From positions 1,376,001 through 1,440,000 of the forward strand of contig CAVOHZ010000010.1 in NCBI GenBank assembly GCA_963695855.1: a stretch of DNA of 64,000 bases, in the 5' to 3' direction. Every line of letters starts with the position of its first letter. Position 1 is the stretch's first letter. The stretch comes from an uncultured Nitrososphaerales archaeon. GTDB taxonomy: Archaea; Thermoproteota; Nitrososphaeria; Nitrososphaerales; Nitrososphaeraceae. Shown here piece by piece: positions 52,095 to 62,934 of this stretch. The notes beneath the pieces were generated by a model. It was not told the DNA's origin and did no database searches. It was given only the letters and a program-made list of their open reading frames with translations. The position numbers and the translations under genes were made by a program.

Positions 52095-53728
52095 ATGGCA
52101 AAAGTTCGTGAAGTGTTGTTCGACCTTATGCGCGAACTCGGCATGACGAAGATCTTTGGAAATGTCGGCTCCACAGAGGAGCTCATGCTTCAAAACTTCC
52201 CGCCCGATTTCGAGTACATCCTGTCGCTCCAGGAGTCCGTCGTGGTGGCCATGGCAGATGCATATTCGCAGGACACGGGCAAGCCGGTACACGTGAATCT
52301 TCATACGGCAGCGGGAAGCGGTAACGGTATGGGCAATTTCGAAACCGCCTGGTACAACCGCACTCCGATGATTATCACAGCGGGCCAGCAAGTTCGGGCG
52401 ACGCTTGTAAACGAGCCCTATCTCACGAGCAAGAACCCGTATCTGCAGGCATTACCGTGGGTGAAGTGGAGTTATGAGCCGGCCCGTGCCGAAGACGTTC
52501 CCGCCGCATTCTTCCGAGCCTATGCCACGGCTATTATGGCACCGGCAGGGCCCGTTTATCTCTCTCTGCCCATGGATGACATGGATCGGGAATGCCCTAG
52601 ATTTCCGCTGCGTCGAAAAATCGAGCCGCGTCTCTCCGCTGGCAAAGATGTTCTCCAGCCAGTGGCAGAAGCGTTGGCAGCCGCGAAGCGTCCCCTGCTC
52701 GTCATCGGCGGGGCCCTTGATCAGACAGGAGGATGGTATGACGGTATCGTGCTTGCCGAGAAGTTGAACGCAGCCGTGATGGCGCCCCCCTTTGAAGGAC
52801 GACCTGGATTTCCGGAGACTCATCCTCTTTTCCAGGGCTGGCTTCTCAGCGGGGCCGCTCGCTCTGCAAGCAGCTACAAGGCTACGACCTGGTGGTGGTG
52901 ATCGGAGCTCCGGTCTTTCGTTACTATCCTTACGCGCCCGGTGCGTATCTACCTGAGGGGACCCGGCTCATCCACCTGACCGACAGCACAGAAGAGGTTG
53001 CGCGTGCCGTGGCAGGCGATGGCATTGTCTGCGATCCTGCACGTGCATGCGCGACACTTGTTGAGCTGCTTCCTAAAGCGACCCGCAAAGCTCCAGAGCC
53101 TCGCAAGCCGCTTCCTGCTCCAGAGGTGAAAGACAAGATCACAGCAGACTATGTCTATTACACGGTCGCGAAGCTTCGCCCGAAGAACTCCGTGATCACG
53201 CAGGAGTCAGCCTCGAGCGCGGGTCCGCTACGCGAACGCCTACCGCCCTCAGAACCCAGATCCTTCTTCTCCTCGTTCGGTGGAGTTCTCGGCTATGGGT
53301 TGCCAGCGGCCTGTGGTGTCGCCCTGGCCGAGCGCGATCTCGGCACGAATCGCAAGGTCATCTCACTGCAGGGCGACGGTGCGACGCAGTACGTCGTTCA
53401 GGCATTCTGGAATGCGGCCCAGCAGAGACTGCCCATTCTGTTCATCATCTTTCGTAATCACGAATACAACATTCTCAAGTCGTTCGCCGAATATCTGGTC
53501 GCCCCCAACGTTCCGGGACTCGATCTTCCCGGAATGGACACCGTGCAGCTTGCCAGGGGATATGGCTGTGACGGCAACTACGTTTCGAAGGCTGGCGAGC
53601 TGGAGGCCGCAATCAAAGAGGGGTTTGCAGCAGACGGCCCCTATGTGATTCAGGTCGAAATAGACCCCGCAACGCCAGCGCTCCTTGGCAAAGTAGGCCC
53701 AAAGACCCAGTACTCCGCTATCGAGTAG
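52095..53728 (+). pseudogene. mdlC: Benzoylformate decarboxylase-like ThDP enzyme with a single frameshift at about 52860
   Basis: FGNVGSTE, LQE, NLHTAAG, GDG...N ThDP motif; frames 52038..52901 and 52892..53728 join if one base is restored. Confidence 0.8.
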
Positions 53729-53978
53729 CTTCCGGGACAACAACGAGGATGGATTACGTACTGGAAAAACATACTTACCGTAAGACTTTACTACCTTAAC
53801 ATGTTAAGAAAGGCTCGTTAATGTTCTTCTTGCTTGGAGCTGTTAATTACCAAATATGTCCTAGAGAGATTGAAAGAGTTGGAATGATATTCATAACTGT
53901 AGTGCCAAACAATGAAGTCAGAACTTTAAACATATATCATAAAAAATTGATCAAGTCTGCCATCACGATTAGAATACC

Positions 53979-54731
53979 ATGAAAAGACTGGAAGGAAAAG
54001 TTGCAGTAATAACAGGCGGAACCAGCGGCATCGGCCTTGCGACGGCCCAGCGGTTCGTGGAAGAGGGCGCATATGTTTTCATCACCGGTCGCCGCCAAGG
54101 CGAGCTTGACGCGGCAGTCAAGCAGATTGGCAAAAACAACGTTACCGGTGTTCAGGGTGATGTCTCAAATCTCGCAGATCTTGACCGGTTGTATGCCACG
54201 GTGAAGGAGCAGAAGGGCCGCATCGATATTCTGTTCGCCAACGCCGGCATCATAGAACTCGCACCTATAGAATCAATTACTGAATCCCATTTTGATAAAA
54301 TACTCAACATTAATGTTAAAGGACTATTGTTCACGGTACAAAAAGCACTTATGCTGTTTCAGGATGGTGGTTCAATCATCTTAACGAGTTCGAACGGGGG
54401 ATCCAAAGGTTTCGAGAGGTCGAGTGTTTACGGTGCGTCTAAGGCCGCAGTGCGGTCGTTTGCTCGCACATGGACAGTTGATCTGAAGCAGCGCAAGATC
54501 CGCGTCAACGCCATCAGCCCTGGCCCGATAGACACAGCCATCTTCAGTACCGCGGCACAGACTGAGGAACAGGCCAAGCAGACAAAGACCAGCCTTGTGG
54601 CCAGCGTGCCGATGGGCAGAATGGGAAGCCCTGACGAAATCGCGAAAGCCGCCACATTCCTCGCCTCAGACGACAGCAGTTATGTCACCGGCATCGAACT
54701 GTTCGTCGATGGGGGTATGACGCAAGTTTAG
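53979..54731 (+). CDS. Short-chain dehydrogenase/reductase
   Basis: [25 protein letters not shown]. Confidence 0.95.
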   Translation: MKRLEGKVAVITGGTSGIGLATAQRFVEEGAYVFITGRRQGELDAAVKQIGKNNVTGVQGDVSNLADLDRLYATVKEQKGRIDILFANAGIIELAPIESITESHFDKILNINVKGLLFTVQKALMLFQDGGSIILTSSNGGSKGFERSSVYGASKAAVRSFARTWTVDLKQRKIRVNAISPGPIDTAIFSTAAQTEEQAKQTKTSLVASVPMGRMGSPDEIAKAATFLASDDSSYVTGIELFVDGGMTQV

Positions 54732-55157
54732 ATCATGGGACTGCAGGCATTTGGCCTAGGCTACGCATAATATTCACTATCAGGGAAAGTGACTCACATG
54801 CGCCAGTCACCTGGATTGAAACGAGCCGGGTCTTTCCAAGGGGGCTTGCCTTACCTGAGTTTTTGTAAGCAGTAAGACAATTCTCCAATTCCAAGATTGA
54901 ATGAAACTTAGATAGGTGTCTGGAAACCCTAGACGACTAAAGATTTTATTATCTAGTAGTCTTTTACTACCTGTAATAAAATGACTAAGGGCAAATATTA
55001 TAATCCTATTCCTTTCCCAACTTCACAATCTCGGAGTTGCTCCGAAAATTTCAATAATAATATTGAAAATTTATCCAAAAACATTCCAGGTTCTTCTATC
55101 AAGTGAACAGGTAAGCCAAGAATAGAACCAATCAATACACCTCCTGACTCAATATTA

Positions 55158-55270
55158 CTGTATCAAGACGAGAAAGGACCAAAAACAGCAAAGACATATG
55201 GCGGTCCATCATGGTGTTCAGTACAGACTAAGATAGAAAAAGCTAAGAAGATAAAAGGTCTTCTCAATGC
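55158..55270 (+). mobile_element. Internal IS630 transposase fragment
   Basis: LYQDEKGPKTAKTYGGPSWCSVQTKIEK..KIKGLLN matches 48945..49253. Confidence 0.8.
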
Positions 55271-56166
55271 GTGTGCGCGAGCTTCGTCCACTGCTCAAGG
55301 ACTGGATTGATAAGCGGGTACAAGATATTATTGACGGCCGTGTCCCCAATCCCGAGAAGACCATGGTTTACTACTGGATCAAGAACGGAGAGTTGGGAGA
55401 GAACTTTAGAAGAAAAGACATCATTTTCGAATGCTTCCACAACTTTCTTGCGTTCAGCCAGTGGGGAAATATGCTCTACAACGTTATGGCCCAATTCGAG
55501 GCAACAAAGGGGGATTCTGCTGTTCGCTCTTGGTTTGAAAAGACGATGAAGGACGCCCCCGATGAAAGTGACAAATCCTCGTTTACACGGCTTGACCGCT
55601 TCGTAATGGAGTTGTTCCGCACTATAGCACCAAACCCCGGCAGTACTTCAGCGCTTCCTGCTATGCAACAACCTTTTGGCACCGGGCACCCTGGCTTCAG
55701 CACTATCGTTACGCCCCACTCTGGAACCGGCAGAGATCCACTCAACTGGAAGAACCCAAATGAATTTGACCCTGAACGCTACAAGCAGGCTCCGACGAGT
55801 GAACAGAACGACGAAGCCAAGGCCAAGCAAATCGGGTTGGCCCAGTCTCCATTCAGCAAGGAAGATTTTCAAGTTAAGGACGGCAGGCATGCTTCGATAA
55901 CTAACAGTGCTTTTGGTGCCGTGTACCCACGTGTGGACAAGAAGGCCTATCCAGTATGTGACACTGCAGGATATGCTCCATTTGGCTTCGGATACCGCCG
56001 TTGCGCGGGTGAATTCCTCACCGTTGGTTTGTTGAAGGATCTATTAAGAAAGGTGTGGAGCGAAAAGATCGTCTTCATCAGGCTCAACGTCGACCATCCC
56101 GACTTGTTACCGGTGGGACCCCGTACGGTTGTGCCGGACAACATAGGCTTTAAGAGGACTCGGTAA
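55267..56166 (+). pseudogene. Cytochrome P450-like gene, 5'-truncated
   Basis: ELFR (ExxR), FDPERY, FGFGYRRCAG heme motif; the ATG comes from the IS630 junction. Confidence 0.75.
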
Positions 56167-56287
56167 TCACAGACTAGTAAGTGACTTTTTTACTTCATTT
56201 TTTAAAGCACATATTGTTTTTACATTATTGAACGGACTTTAACTGTAGAGACCACGGTCGTTAGACCTAGAATGACCCCAGTGTGGT

Positions 56288-57556
56288 GTGCCAAAACCTT
56301 TTATTCAATCAAAGCCGCTGAAAAGTGGATTAAAATTGCCAACAGCAGAAAAAGATCTCAAGCCAACAGCACCAAAGCCATTGCCGCTACCTAATAGTGA
56401 TTTTTACCAACTCGCCGAAACTCTACCTCCAGAGGAACTTGCGACCTTGAGACAGGTGCGCTCGTTCATGGAGAGCAAGGTCGCTCCGATAATTAACAAG
56501 TACTGGATCGAGGATTCGTTTCCATTCGAGTTACTTCCCGCTTTCAAGGAGTTGAATCTCGGCGGTGTTGGGATGCAGGGCTATGGTTGCAAAGGAGGAA
56601 GCGCGCTGCTCGCTGGCCTCATTGCAATGGAGATGGCACGCACTGACGCTTCGTTCGCGACATTTTTTGGCGTCCACAATGGCCTTGCCATGGGCTCTAT
56701 CTATGCCACCGGATCAGAAGAGCAGAAACAAAAGTGGCTGCCGCCGATGGCCCGCTTCGAAAAAATTGGTTGCTTCGGCTTAACCGAACCGCTTGTAGGC
56801 TCCGGTGTATCCGGCGGTCTAATGACGACCGCGAAAAAGGACGGCGACACCTGGGTCTTGAACGGCCAAAAGAAGTGGATCGGCAATTCTCCATGGTGTG
56901 ACATCTCGATTATCTGGGCGCGCGATGTCACAGATAACCAGGTCAAAGGTTTCATCGTTGAGAACAAGACAACGCCTGGCTTTAGCGTCGAGAAGATTCA
57001 GAACAAGTTTGGGCTCAAGGTGGTCCAGAACGGCTTGATCACACTGGAGGACGTTCGTGTCCCGGAAGAGAACCATCTCCAGGCAGGCAAGTCGTTCCGC
57101 GACACGGCGCGGGTGCTGCGCCAGACACGATATGGCGTAGGATGGATGGCTACTGGATGCCAGATGGGCGCTTTCGAACATACGCTCAAGTACGCGCAGG
57201 AACGCTTGCAGTTTGGAAAGCCTATTGGCTCATTTCAACTTATCCAGGATCTTCTCGCAAAGATGCTAGCTAACGTCACCGCCTGCCAGTGTTTGGTGGT
57301 TCGCACGGGGCAGCTGGACGACCAGGGCAAGTTAACGGACGCTCAAGCAGCGCTTTCCAAGGCGTTTACCACGGCCAAGTGTCGCGAGACTGTAGCGTGG
57401 GGGCGGGAGATATTTGGCGGCAACGGTCTTACTATCGATTACAATATCGGCCGCTTCTTCACCGACGCCGAAGCGCTTCTCTCTTACGAAGGGACGTATC
57501 AGATGCAGAACCTCATTCTCGGCAAAGCCATCACGGGGTTGAGTGCCTTTGTGTAA
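56288..57556 (+). CDS. Acyl-CoA dehydrogenase (glutaryl-CoA dehydrogenase/ACX4-like)
   Basis: FGLTEP, LNGQKKWIGN, ERLQFGKPI, SYEGT. Confidence 0.92.
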   Translation: MPKPFIQSKPLKSGLKLPTAEKDLKPTAPKPLPLPNSDFYQLAETLPPEELATLRQVRSFMESKVAPIINKYWIEDSFPFELLPAFKELNLGGVGMQGYGCKGGSALLAGLIAMEMARTDASFATFFGVHNGLAMGSIYATGSEEQKQKWLPPMARFEKIGCFGLTEPLVGSGVSGGLMTTAKKDGDTWVLNGQKKWIGNSPWCDISIIWARDVTDNQVKGFIVENKTTPGFSVEKIQNKFGLKVVQNGLITLEDVRVPEENHLQAGKSFRDTARVLRQTRYGVGWMATGCQMGAFEHTLKYAQERLQFGKPIGSFQLIQDLLAKMLANVTACQCLVVRTGQLDDQGKLTDAQAALSKAFTTAKCRETVAWGREIFGGNGLTIDYNIGRFFTDAEALLSYEGTYQMQNLILGKAITGLSAFV

Positions 57557-57614
57557 CTCCAACGCAATCAGAAAACCAAATCGTCGTCAATATCAATAGA
57601 GGATATACGATCTT

Positions 57615-58412
57615 ATGAGTTCAACATTAACACTTGAGAACATTTTATATGAGAAAAAGGGTCCCATCGCCTATGTAACCATAAATCGTCCCAAAGTGTT
57701 GAATGCTCTCAATCAAAAGACGTGGGAGAATTTGCGTGCAGCTTTTGAAGATGCACGGGACGACATTGTAATTCGCGGCGTTATCCTAACTGGAGCCGGC
57801 GACAAAGCGTTCATAGCCGGAGCAGACATTAGCGAGATCGCGACGATCACGGCCGTCGAAGCACAAAAGTCGAGCAGTTACGGACAGGAGGTTCTCAACC
57901 TCATAGAAAATCTCGGCAAGCCTGTGATAGCAGCAGTGAACGGCTTTGCGCTTGGCGGCGGATGCGAAACGGCCATGGCCTGTACCATAAGGTTGGCCGC
58001 AGAGAACGCGGAATTTGGCCAGCCTGAAGTCACGTTGGGGATCATTCCCGGCGGCGGTGGAACTCAACGTTTGCCGCGGCTGGTCGGTAAGGGCCGGGCT
58101 CTCCAGATCATACTCTCAGGAGAAATGATCAACGCTCAGGAGGCATATCGTATTGGGCTCGTTAACGAAGTCGTTCCCGCTGTCGCTGATTTAATCTCGC
58201 GCGCGGAAGCAATACTGAATCAGGTTTTCAAGAATGCTCCGATCGCTGTGAAGTACTCGCTCGAGGCAGTGAACAAAGGATTGGAAACGAGCATCACCGA
58301 AGGCTTATCGCTTGAGGCTTCATTGTTCGGAATTTGTGCAGCAACAGAAGACAAGAAAGAGGGAACGCAGGCGTTTCTGCAAAAGCGTCCAGCAAAGTTT
58401 AAGGGCAAGTAA
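57615..58412 (+). CDS. Enoyl-CoA hydratase (crotonase)
   Basis: FIAGADI, ALGGGCE, QPEVTLGIIPGGGGTQRL. Confidence 0.93.
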   Translation: MSSTLTLENILYEKKGPIAYVTINRPKVLNALNQKTWENLRAAFEDARDDIVIRGVILTGAGDKAFIAGADISEIATITAVEAQKSSSYGQEVLNLIENLGKPVIAAVNGFALGGGCETAMACTIRLAAENAEFGQPEVTLGIIPGGGGTQRLPRLVGKGRALQIILSGEMINAQEAYRIGLVNEVVPAVADLISRAEAILNQVFKNAPIAVKYSLEAVNKGLETSITEGLSLEASLFGICAATEDKKEGTQAFLQKRPAKFKGK

Positions 58413-58435
58413 AATCTAGCAAGAGCAAAACACTT

Positions 58436-59695
58436 ATGGCAACTGAAAATACAACGACAATAACCGACGATAACATCTTCTCGGGATTGAAGGTAGTCGA
58501 TCTTGCGAGCTTCATAGCCGGTCCTGGCGCAGCAGTGATCTTGTCCGATTTCGGCGCCAACGTGATCAAGGTCGAACCACCCAAGGGCGAATTGTGGAGG
58601 AACGCGAACAAAATTCCCCCGCAACCGTTGGCCAAGGACGCTTATGCCTGGCATCTGAACAATCGCAACAAGCGTGGGTTGGCTATAGATTTGAAATCAT
58701 CCGATGCAGGAAAGATTTTGGAGCGCTTGGTCAGGTGGGCGGACGTGCTGATCGTCAACACTCCGCATCCGGCGCGTAAGAAACTAAAGTTGGAGTATGA
58801 GGATGTTGCGCAGTGGAATTCCCGGCTGATTTACGCCGACCTGACCGGCTACGGCGAAAAGGGCCCCGACGCTGATCTACCAGGATTTGACGTCACGGCC
58901 TACTGGTCGCGAAGTGGCTTGCTCTCTCTTACACGCGATGCTGGCGCTCCCCCAACATGGCCCTTCGCGGGCACCGGAGATAGCCCGACGGCCGTTGGGC
59001 TGTTTGCCGCGATCGTTATGGGCCTGTATCGACGCGAGCGCACAGGCAAGGGCTCTTACGTTACGACGTCGCTATTAGCCGAAGGCGTCTGGTCCGCCAG
59101 CGTCGCTATTCAGGCAGCGCTTTGCGAGGCCAAATTCTCCCCGCAGCATGACAGAAAAAATCCGGCAAACGCGGCGATGAATCTGTACAAGAGTTCTGAT
59201 GACATCTGGTTCCTGCTTGTCGTCACGCCTGACAAGATACCGGCGTTCGCGGCAGGTATCGGCCGCACCGATCTTCTGAAGGATCCGCGATTCGCCGATC
59301 CGGCTAAGCTGGCTGCGAATATGGGCCAGCTGACGGCTATAATGGACGAGATCTTCAGTGCGCAGCCAATGGAGTACTGGCGCGAAGTCTTAGACAAGGC
59401 CCACATAACCTACGGTTTAGTGCGGGATCCGAGTGACGTTATCAAGGATCCACAATTGCGCGAGAATGAAATCGTCGTTCCGCTCGAGGGCGCTGGCGGG
59501 AACCTAAAAAGCACGATCAGCAGTCCTATTCAAGTGCACGGCATCACTAAAGTACCTGCAAAACGAGCCCCGGAACTTGGAGAACACGACGAAGAGATTC
59601 TTAAGGATCTAGGGTTCGACGTGAAGGAAATAGACGGCTTTCGTACAAGCGGCACGCTTGGTAGGAAACCAAAGGAACGGGCGAAAGGAGCATAG
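58436..59695 (+). CDS. Family III CoA-transferase (CaiB/BaiF)
   Basis: IAGP, DFGANVIKVEPP, NRNKR, TGYG..GP, GFD, APELGEH. Confidence 0.92.
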   Translation: MATENTTTITDDNIFSGLKVVDLASFIAGPGAAVILSDFGANVIKVEPPKGELWRNANKIPPQPLAKDAYAWHLNNRNKRGLAIDLKSSDAGKILERLVRWADVLIVNTPHPARKKLKLEYEDVAQWNSRLIYADLTGYGEKGPDADLPGFDVTAYWSRSGLLSLTRDAGAPPTWPFAGTGDSPTAVGLFAAIVMGLYRRERTGKGSYVTTSLLAEGVWSASVAIQAALCEAKFSPQHDRKNPANAAMNLYKSSDDIWFLLVVTPDKIPAFAAGIGRTDLLKDPRFADPAKLAANMGQLTAIMDEIFSAQPMEYWREVLDKAHITYGLVRDPSDVIKDPQLRENEIVVPLEGAGGNLKSTISSPIQVHGITKVPAKRAPELGEHDEEILKDLGFDVKEIDGFRTSGTLGRKPKERAKGA

Positions 59696-59868
59696 GCTTT
59701 TCCAAATGCACAGAATCAGAATGAAAAAATCAGTGACTTCTATGCTCCAAAGTGGGATGAAATTATAGAATCACAACTTAAGGAAGTAAAAGGATTACTG
59801 CATGTTGACGACAAGAAAGATGAAATTAATGAAATCTTAAGATTTATAGCATATGTTTTCAAACAGCT

Positions 59869-60825
59869 TCAAAATTCACCAATCGAATGCATAAGTCTGA
59901 ACTGTTCATCACCTTTGTCTTTTATGGGCAACATGGTTACCATAAGTTCGTCTAATCCTGAAGCAAGAAGCTCTGAAAACCTGACAGTCACTGTGTCTTC
60001 GTTTCCTGATATGACCAAGTTGTCTACTAGAGTATCAGGCGCAACGCTACCAAGTGTTGTAGGAAAGCCCGCTCTGGTGAACATTTTGACATAGAAAGGC
60101 AACGTTATATTATTCTCTTCTATGTATTGATGTCCTGCTGCCATTGCCAAGTGGCGATCTGTAGTAAGTGCTACTAGAACATGTGCTACTAATGAAGGAG
60201 GAGATGCTGATCGTCCTGCCATAGCTGCCCCTTTTCGTAATGCGGGTAGTCCGGTATTTAGTAGATATGGAACAGGGCATAACCATGAAAGAGCTCCGTC
60301 GGCGATTTCACCTGCCAATTGGAAGGCCTTCTCTCCTAGTGCAGAAACCAATATTGGAACCCGTGCAGTATTGCGCGGTGTGGTGACTACAACGTTAAAG
60401 AACTCTCCATGGTGATTGACTTTTCCTTCCCATAATACAGCACGCAAAACTTCTACATATTCTCTTAAATGTACTAACGGTTTTCTGTGCGACAACCCAA
60501 AGATACCTTCTATAATAGAACTATGACTAGGGCCTATCCCAAGCCGCAACCGACCTGGTGCAATATCGTTCAAAACCAAGACCTGCTGTGCCAAAGCCAA
60601 CGGATGACGCGGATACGTCTGTACAATTGCGGTACCCAAACGCACTGCAGAAGTTTTTGTTGCCGCAGCTGCAAATATTGTCAATGTATCTAGATGTCCT
60701 TGATTCATCCATATTTGTCTGATTCCAGCTGCCTCAGCCGCTACAATTTTCTTTATAGCGGCTGCTGGACGTTCGTTATAGCCTTCGCCGACAACAAATC
60801 CCACTTGCTCCTTGATTGACTTCAT
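59869..60825 (-). CDS. LLM-class (luciferase-like, possibly F420-dependent) oxidoreductase
   Basis: RLGTAIVQTYPRHP, GRLRLGIGPSH, LAGEIADG. Confidence 0.88.
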   Translation of the reverse strand: MKSIKEQVGFVVGEGYNERPAAAIKKIVAAEAAGIRQIWMNQGHLDTLTIFAAAATKTSAVRLGTAIVQTYPRHPLALAQQVLVLNDIAPGRLRLGIGPSHSSIIEGIFGLSHRKPLVHLREYVEVLRAVLWEGKVNHHGEFFNVVVTTPRNTARVPILVSALGEKAFQLAGEIADGALSWLCPVPYLLNTGLPALRKGAAMAGRSASPPSLVAHVLVALTTDRHLAMAAGHQYIEENNITLPFYVKMFTRAGFPTTLGSVAPDTLVDNLVISGNEDTVTVRFSELLASGLDELMVTMLPIKDKGDEQFRLMHSIGEF

Positions 60826-61099
60826 AAATATTATGGTGCTTGTAAGTACATAAATAGTGCTTTAAAAACCCTTTATGATTTAGCTGTTACAGATATTGTT
60901 GATATTGTTGTTGTCTTTTTTTAGTAATTTTCTTTTTTTCTGTTTCTCTCTTCAGTGTTTATCATCTTAAACATTCTATTGTCTTAGATTGGTATACGTT
61001 TAGTGCAAGTCAATTCAATTGGTGTTTTTGGTATACTATTTGTAATATTGTCCATCCATTTTTAGCGGTTCAGATGTACAAAATAGACAGCTAATAAAT

Positions 61100-62414
61100 G
61101 TGGCCAGTGGGTTTGCAGAAAAATATAAGACATTCGATGCGATCTATATAACAGTGAATATCTTCCCTTCTCCTGAACAAAGGTTTAACCCTTTTCAGTT
61201 TTATGCAGATATGAGACATTATAATCCTGTAGCATATGATGAGCGGAATAATGTATGGGGTGTATTTCGTTATTATGATGTTCAAGCTATTCTATGAGAC
61301 TATACGCATTTTTCTTCAGTTATTCCAACAACAACAACAAAGCAAAGGATGGCACTTTCAATTCCAAGTTTGCTTAGAACTGATCCTCCATATCATAGAA
61401 CATTGAGAGGCGTAGTTGCATCAGCATTTACTCCCATGGCAATATCTAAGTTAGGACCAAGAATAGAGAGCATTACTCATGATTTACTTAATCAGGTAAT
61501 AGAGAAAGGGAATATGGATCTCATAAGTGATTTAGCCTATCCATTACCTGTAACAGTCATTGCTGAACTTCTAGGTATTCCATTGCAAGACAGGGATACT
61601 TTCCATGTCTGGGGTGACAAATTTAACAAGCATGCTGGGAAACAGCATTTTATGGTAGAGGATCAAGATGCAGATAAGGATCTCGTATTAATCCAAAGTG
61701 AAATGGATGATTATTTCAATGGCATTATAGATAAAAGAACAATATCTCCCCAGTCAGATCTCAAGCAATTTAATAAAAGCCGAAGCTGATGGACATCATC
61801 TATCAAGAGAGGAAATTCTTAATTTCTGTTCTATACTTCTCATTGCAGGACATGTAACTACAGTTAATCTAATAGGAAATACAATTCTTTCGTTGCTTCA
61901 AAATCCACAAGAATTCAAGAAATTAAAGGACGATAGATCATCTTCATCTTCATCTTCATCATCTTTGATTTCATCTACAATAGAAGAGACTCTACGATAT
62001 AGGTCTCCTGTTCAATTTATGGGTCGTAGGACAACACAAGAGGTATCAATTGGAGAACAAAAAATACCATCAGGACAAAGTATTATTGTATGGCTAGGGT
62101 CAGCTAACCATGATGAATTAGTATTTCCAGATCCAGAAAAGTTTGATATATCACGTAAACCTCATGGTCATTCTCATGTAGGATTTGGTCATGGAATTCA
62201 TTTTTGTCTGGGAGCCCCTTTGGCTAGACTTGAGGCTAATATAGCAATCAAAATAATACTTGAGAGGTTACAGGATTTAGAGTTAGATGACAGTAAAAAA
62301 GAGGCCATAAAGCCACTCGAGGGCTTAAACCTACATGGTGTATCTCACCTACCTTTGAGATTTACAGCTGGTAAGGTAGTTAAAACAGAAGAAAATCAAC
62401 ACAATCCAATCTAG
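61100..62414 (+). pseudogene. Cytochrome P450 with an in-frame stop (61295) and a frameshift (about 61763)
   Basis: DPPYH, PLPVTVIAELLG, AGHVTT, EETLR, FGHGIHFCLG. Confidence 0.88.
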
Positions 62415-62653
62415 TATTGTTGTTTTCTACGGTTTGGTTGTGGACTTATCTGCTAAAAAGGAAATAGATGCCATCTAGACAAACACATATAGAAAATTTA
62501 GCGAAGAAACATTTCAGTCTTTGATGGTAGGCCATCACCATTCTATTTTAGGATAATAAATGATAACACGCAAAGTTCCTGGCATGTACGAGTAACTGTT
62601 GTCCTTGTTATTGTGGCTCACTTTCCAATCTAACACTTTCCGAATTATGGTTA

Positions 62654-62865
62654 CGTCGTTTGTATTTTGGACCTAAAATTCATTTTTGGTTAGGTGCTCC
62701 TTTAGCTAGACTTGAAGGACAAATAGCACTGAGAATAATTCTTAAGATTTAAAAATATTCAATTTAATTTTGATTATAGTGATAGACAAAATCTATATAC
62801 TAAAGTTAGTACACTCAAAAGTTCTTTTTTACTTGGCTTAACACATTTACCTTTATGTTTCCAAT
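62654..62865 (+). pseudogene. Decayed C-terminal fragment of another P450
   Basis: FGPKIHFWLGAPLARLEGQIAL...LGLTHLPL. Confidence 0.7.
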
Positions 62866-62934
62866 CTACAAATAGACGATAAAATTTGGACATATCCATT
62901 TAGTTTGAACATCTTGTACATATATAGTATACAG

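Noticed and set aside
55080-55160. Minus-strand ESGGVLIG resembling a JAB-domain N-terminus
   Set aside because: No following HxH motif, no start codon, and too short to support.
44641-59406. Many overlapping antisense and alternate-frame ORFs in the GC-rich block
   Set aside because: They overlap well-supported genes, lack motifs, and are expected from low stop-codon density.
61295-61297. Selenocysteine or readthrough at the P450 in-frame TGA
   Set aside because: The position is not a catalytic Cys and the gene has a second lesion.
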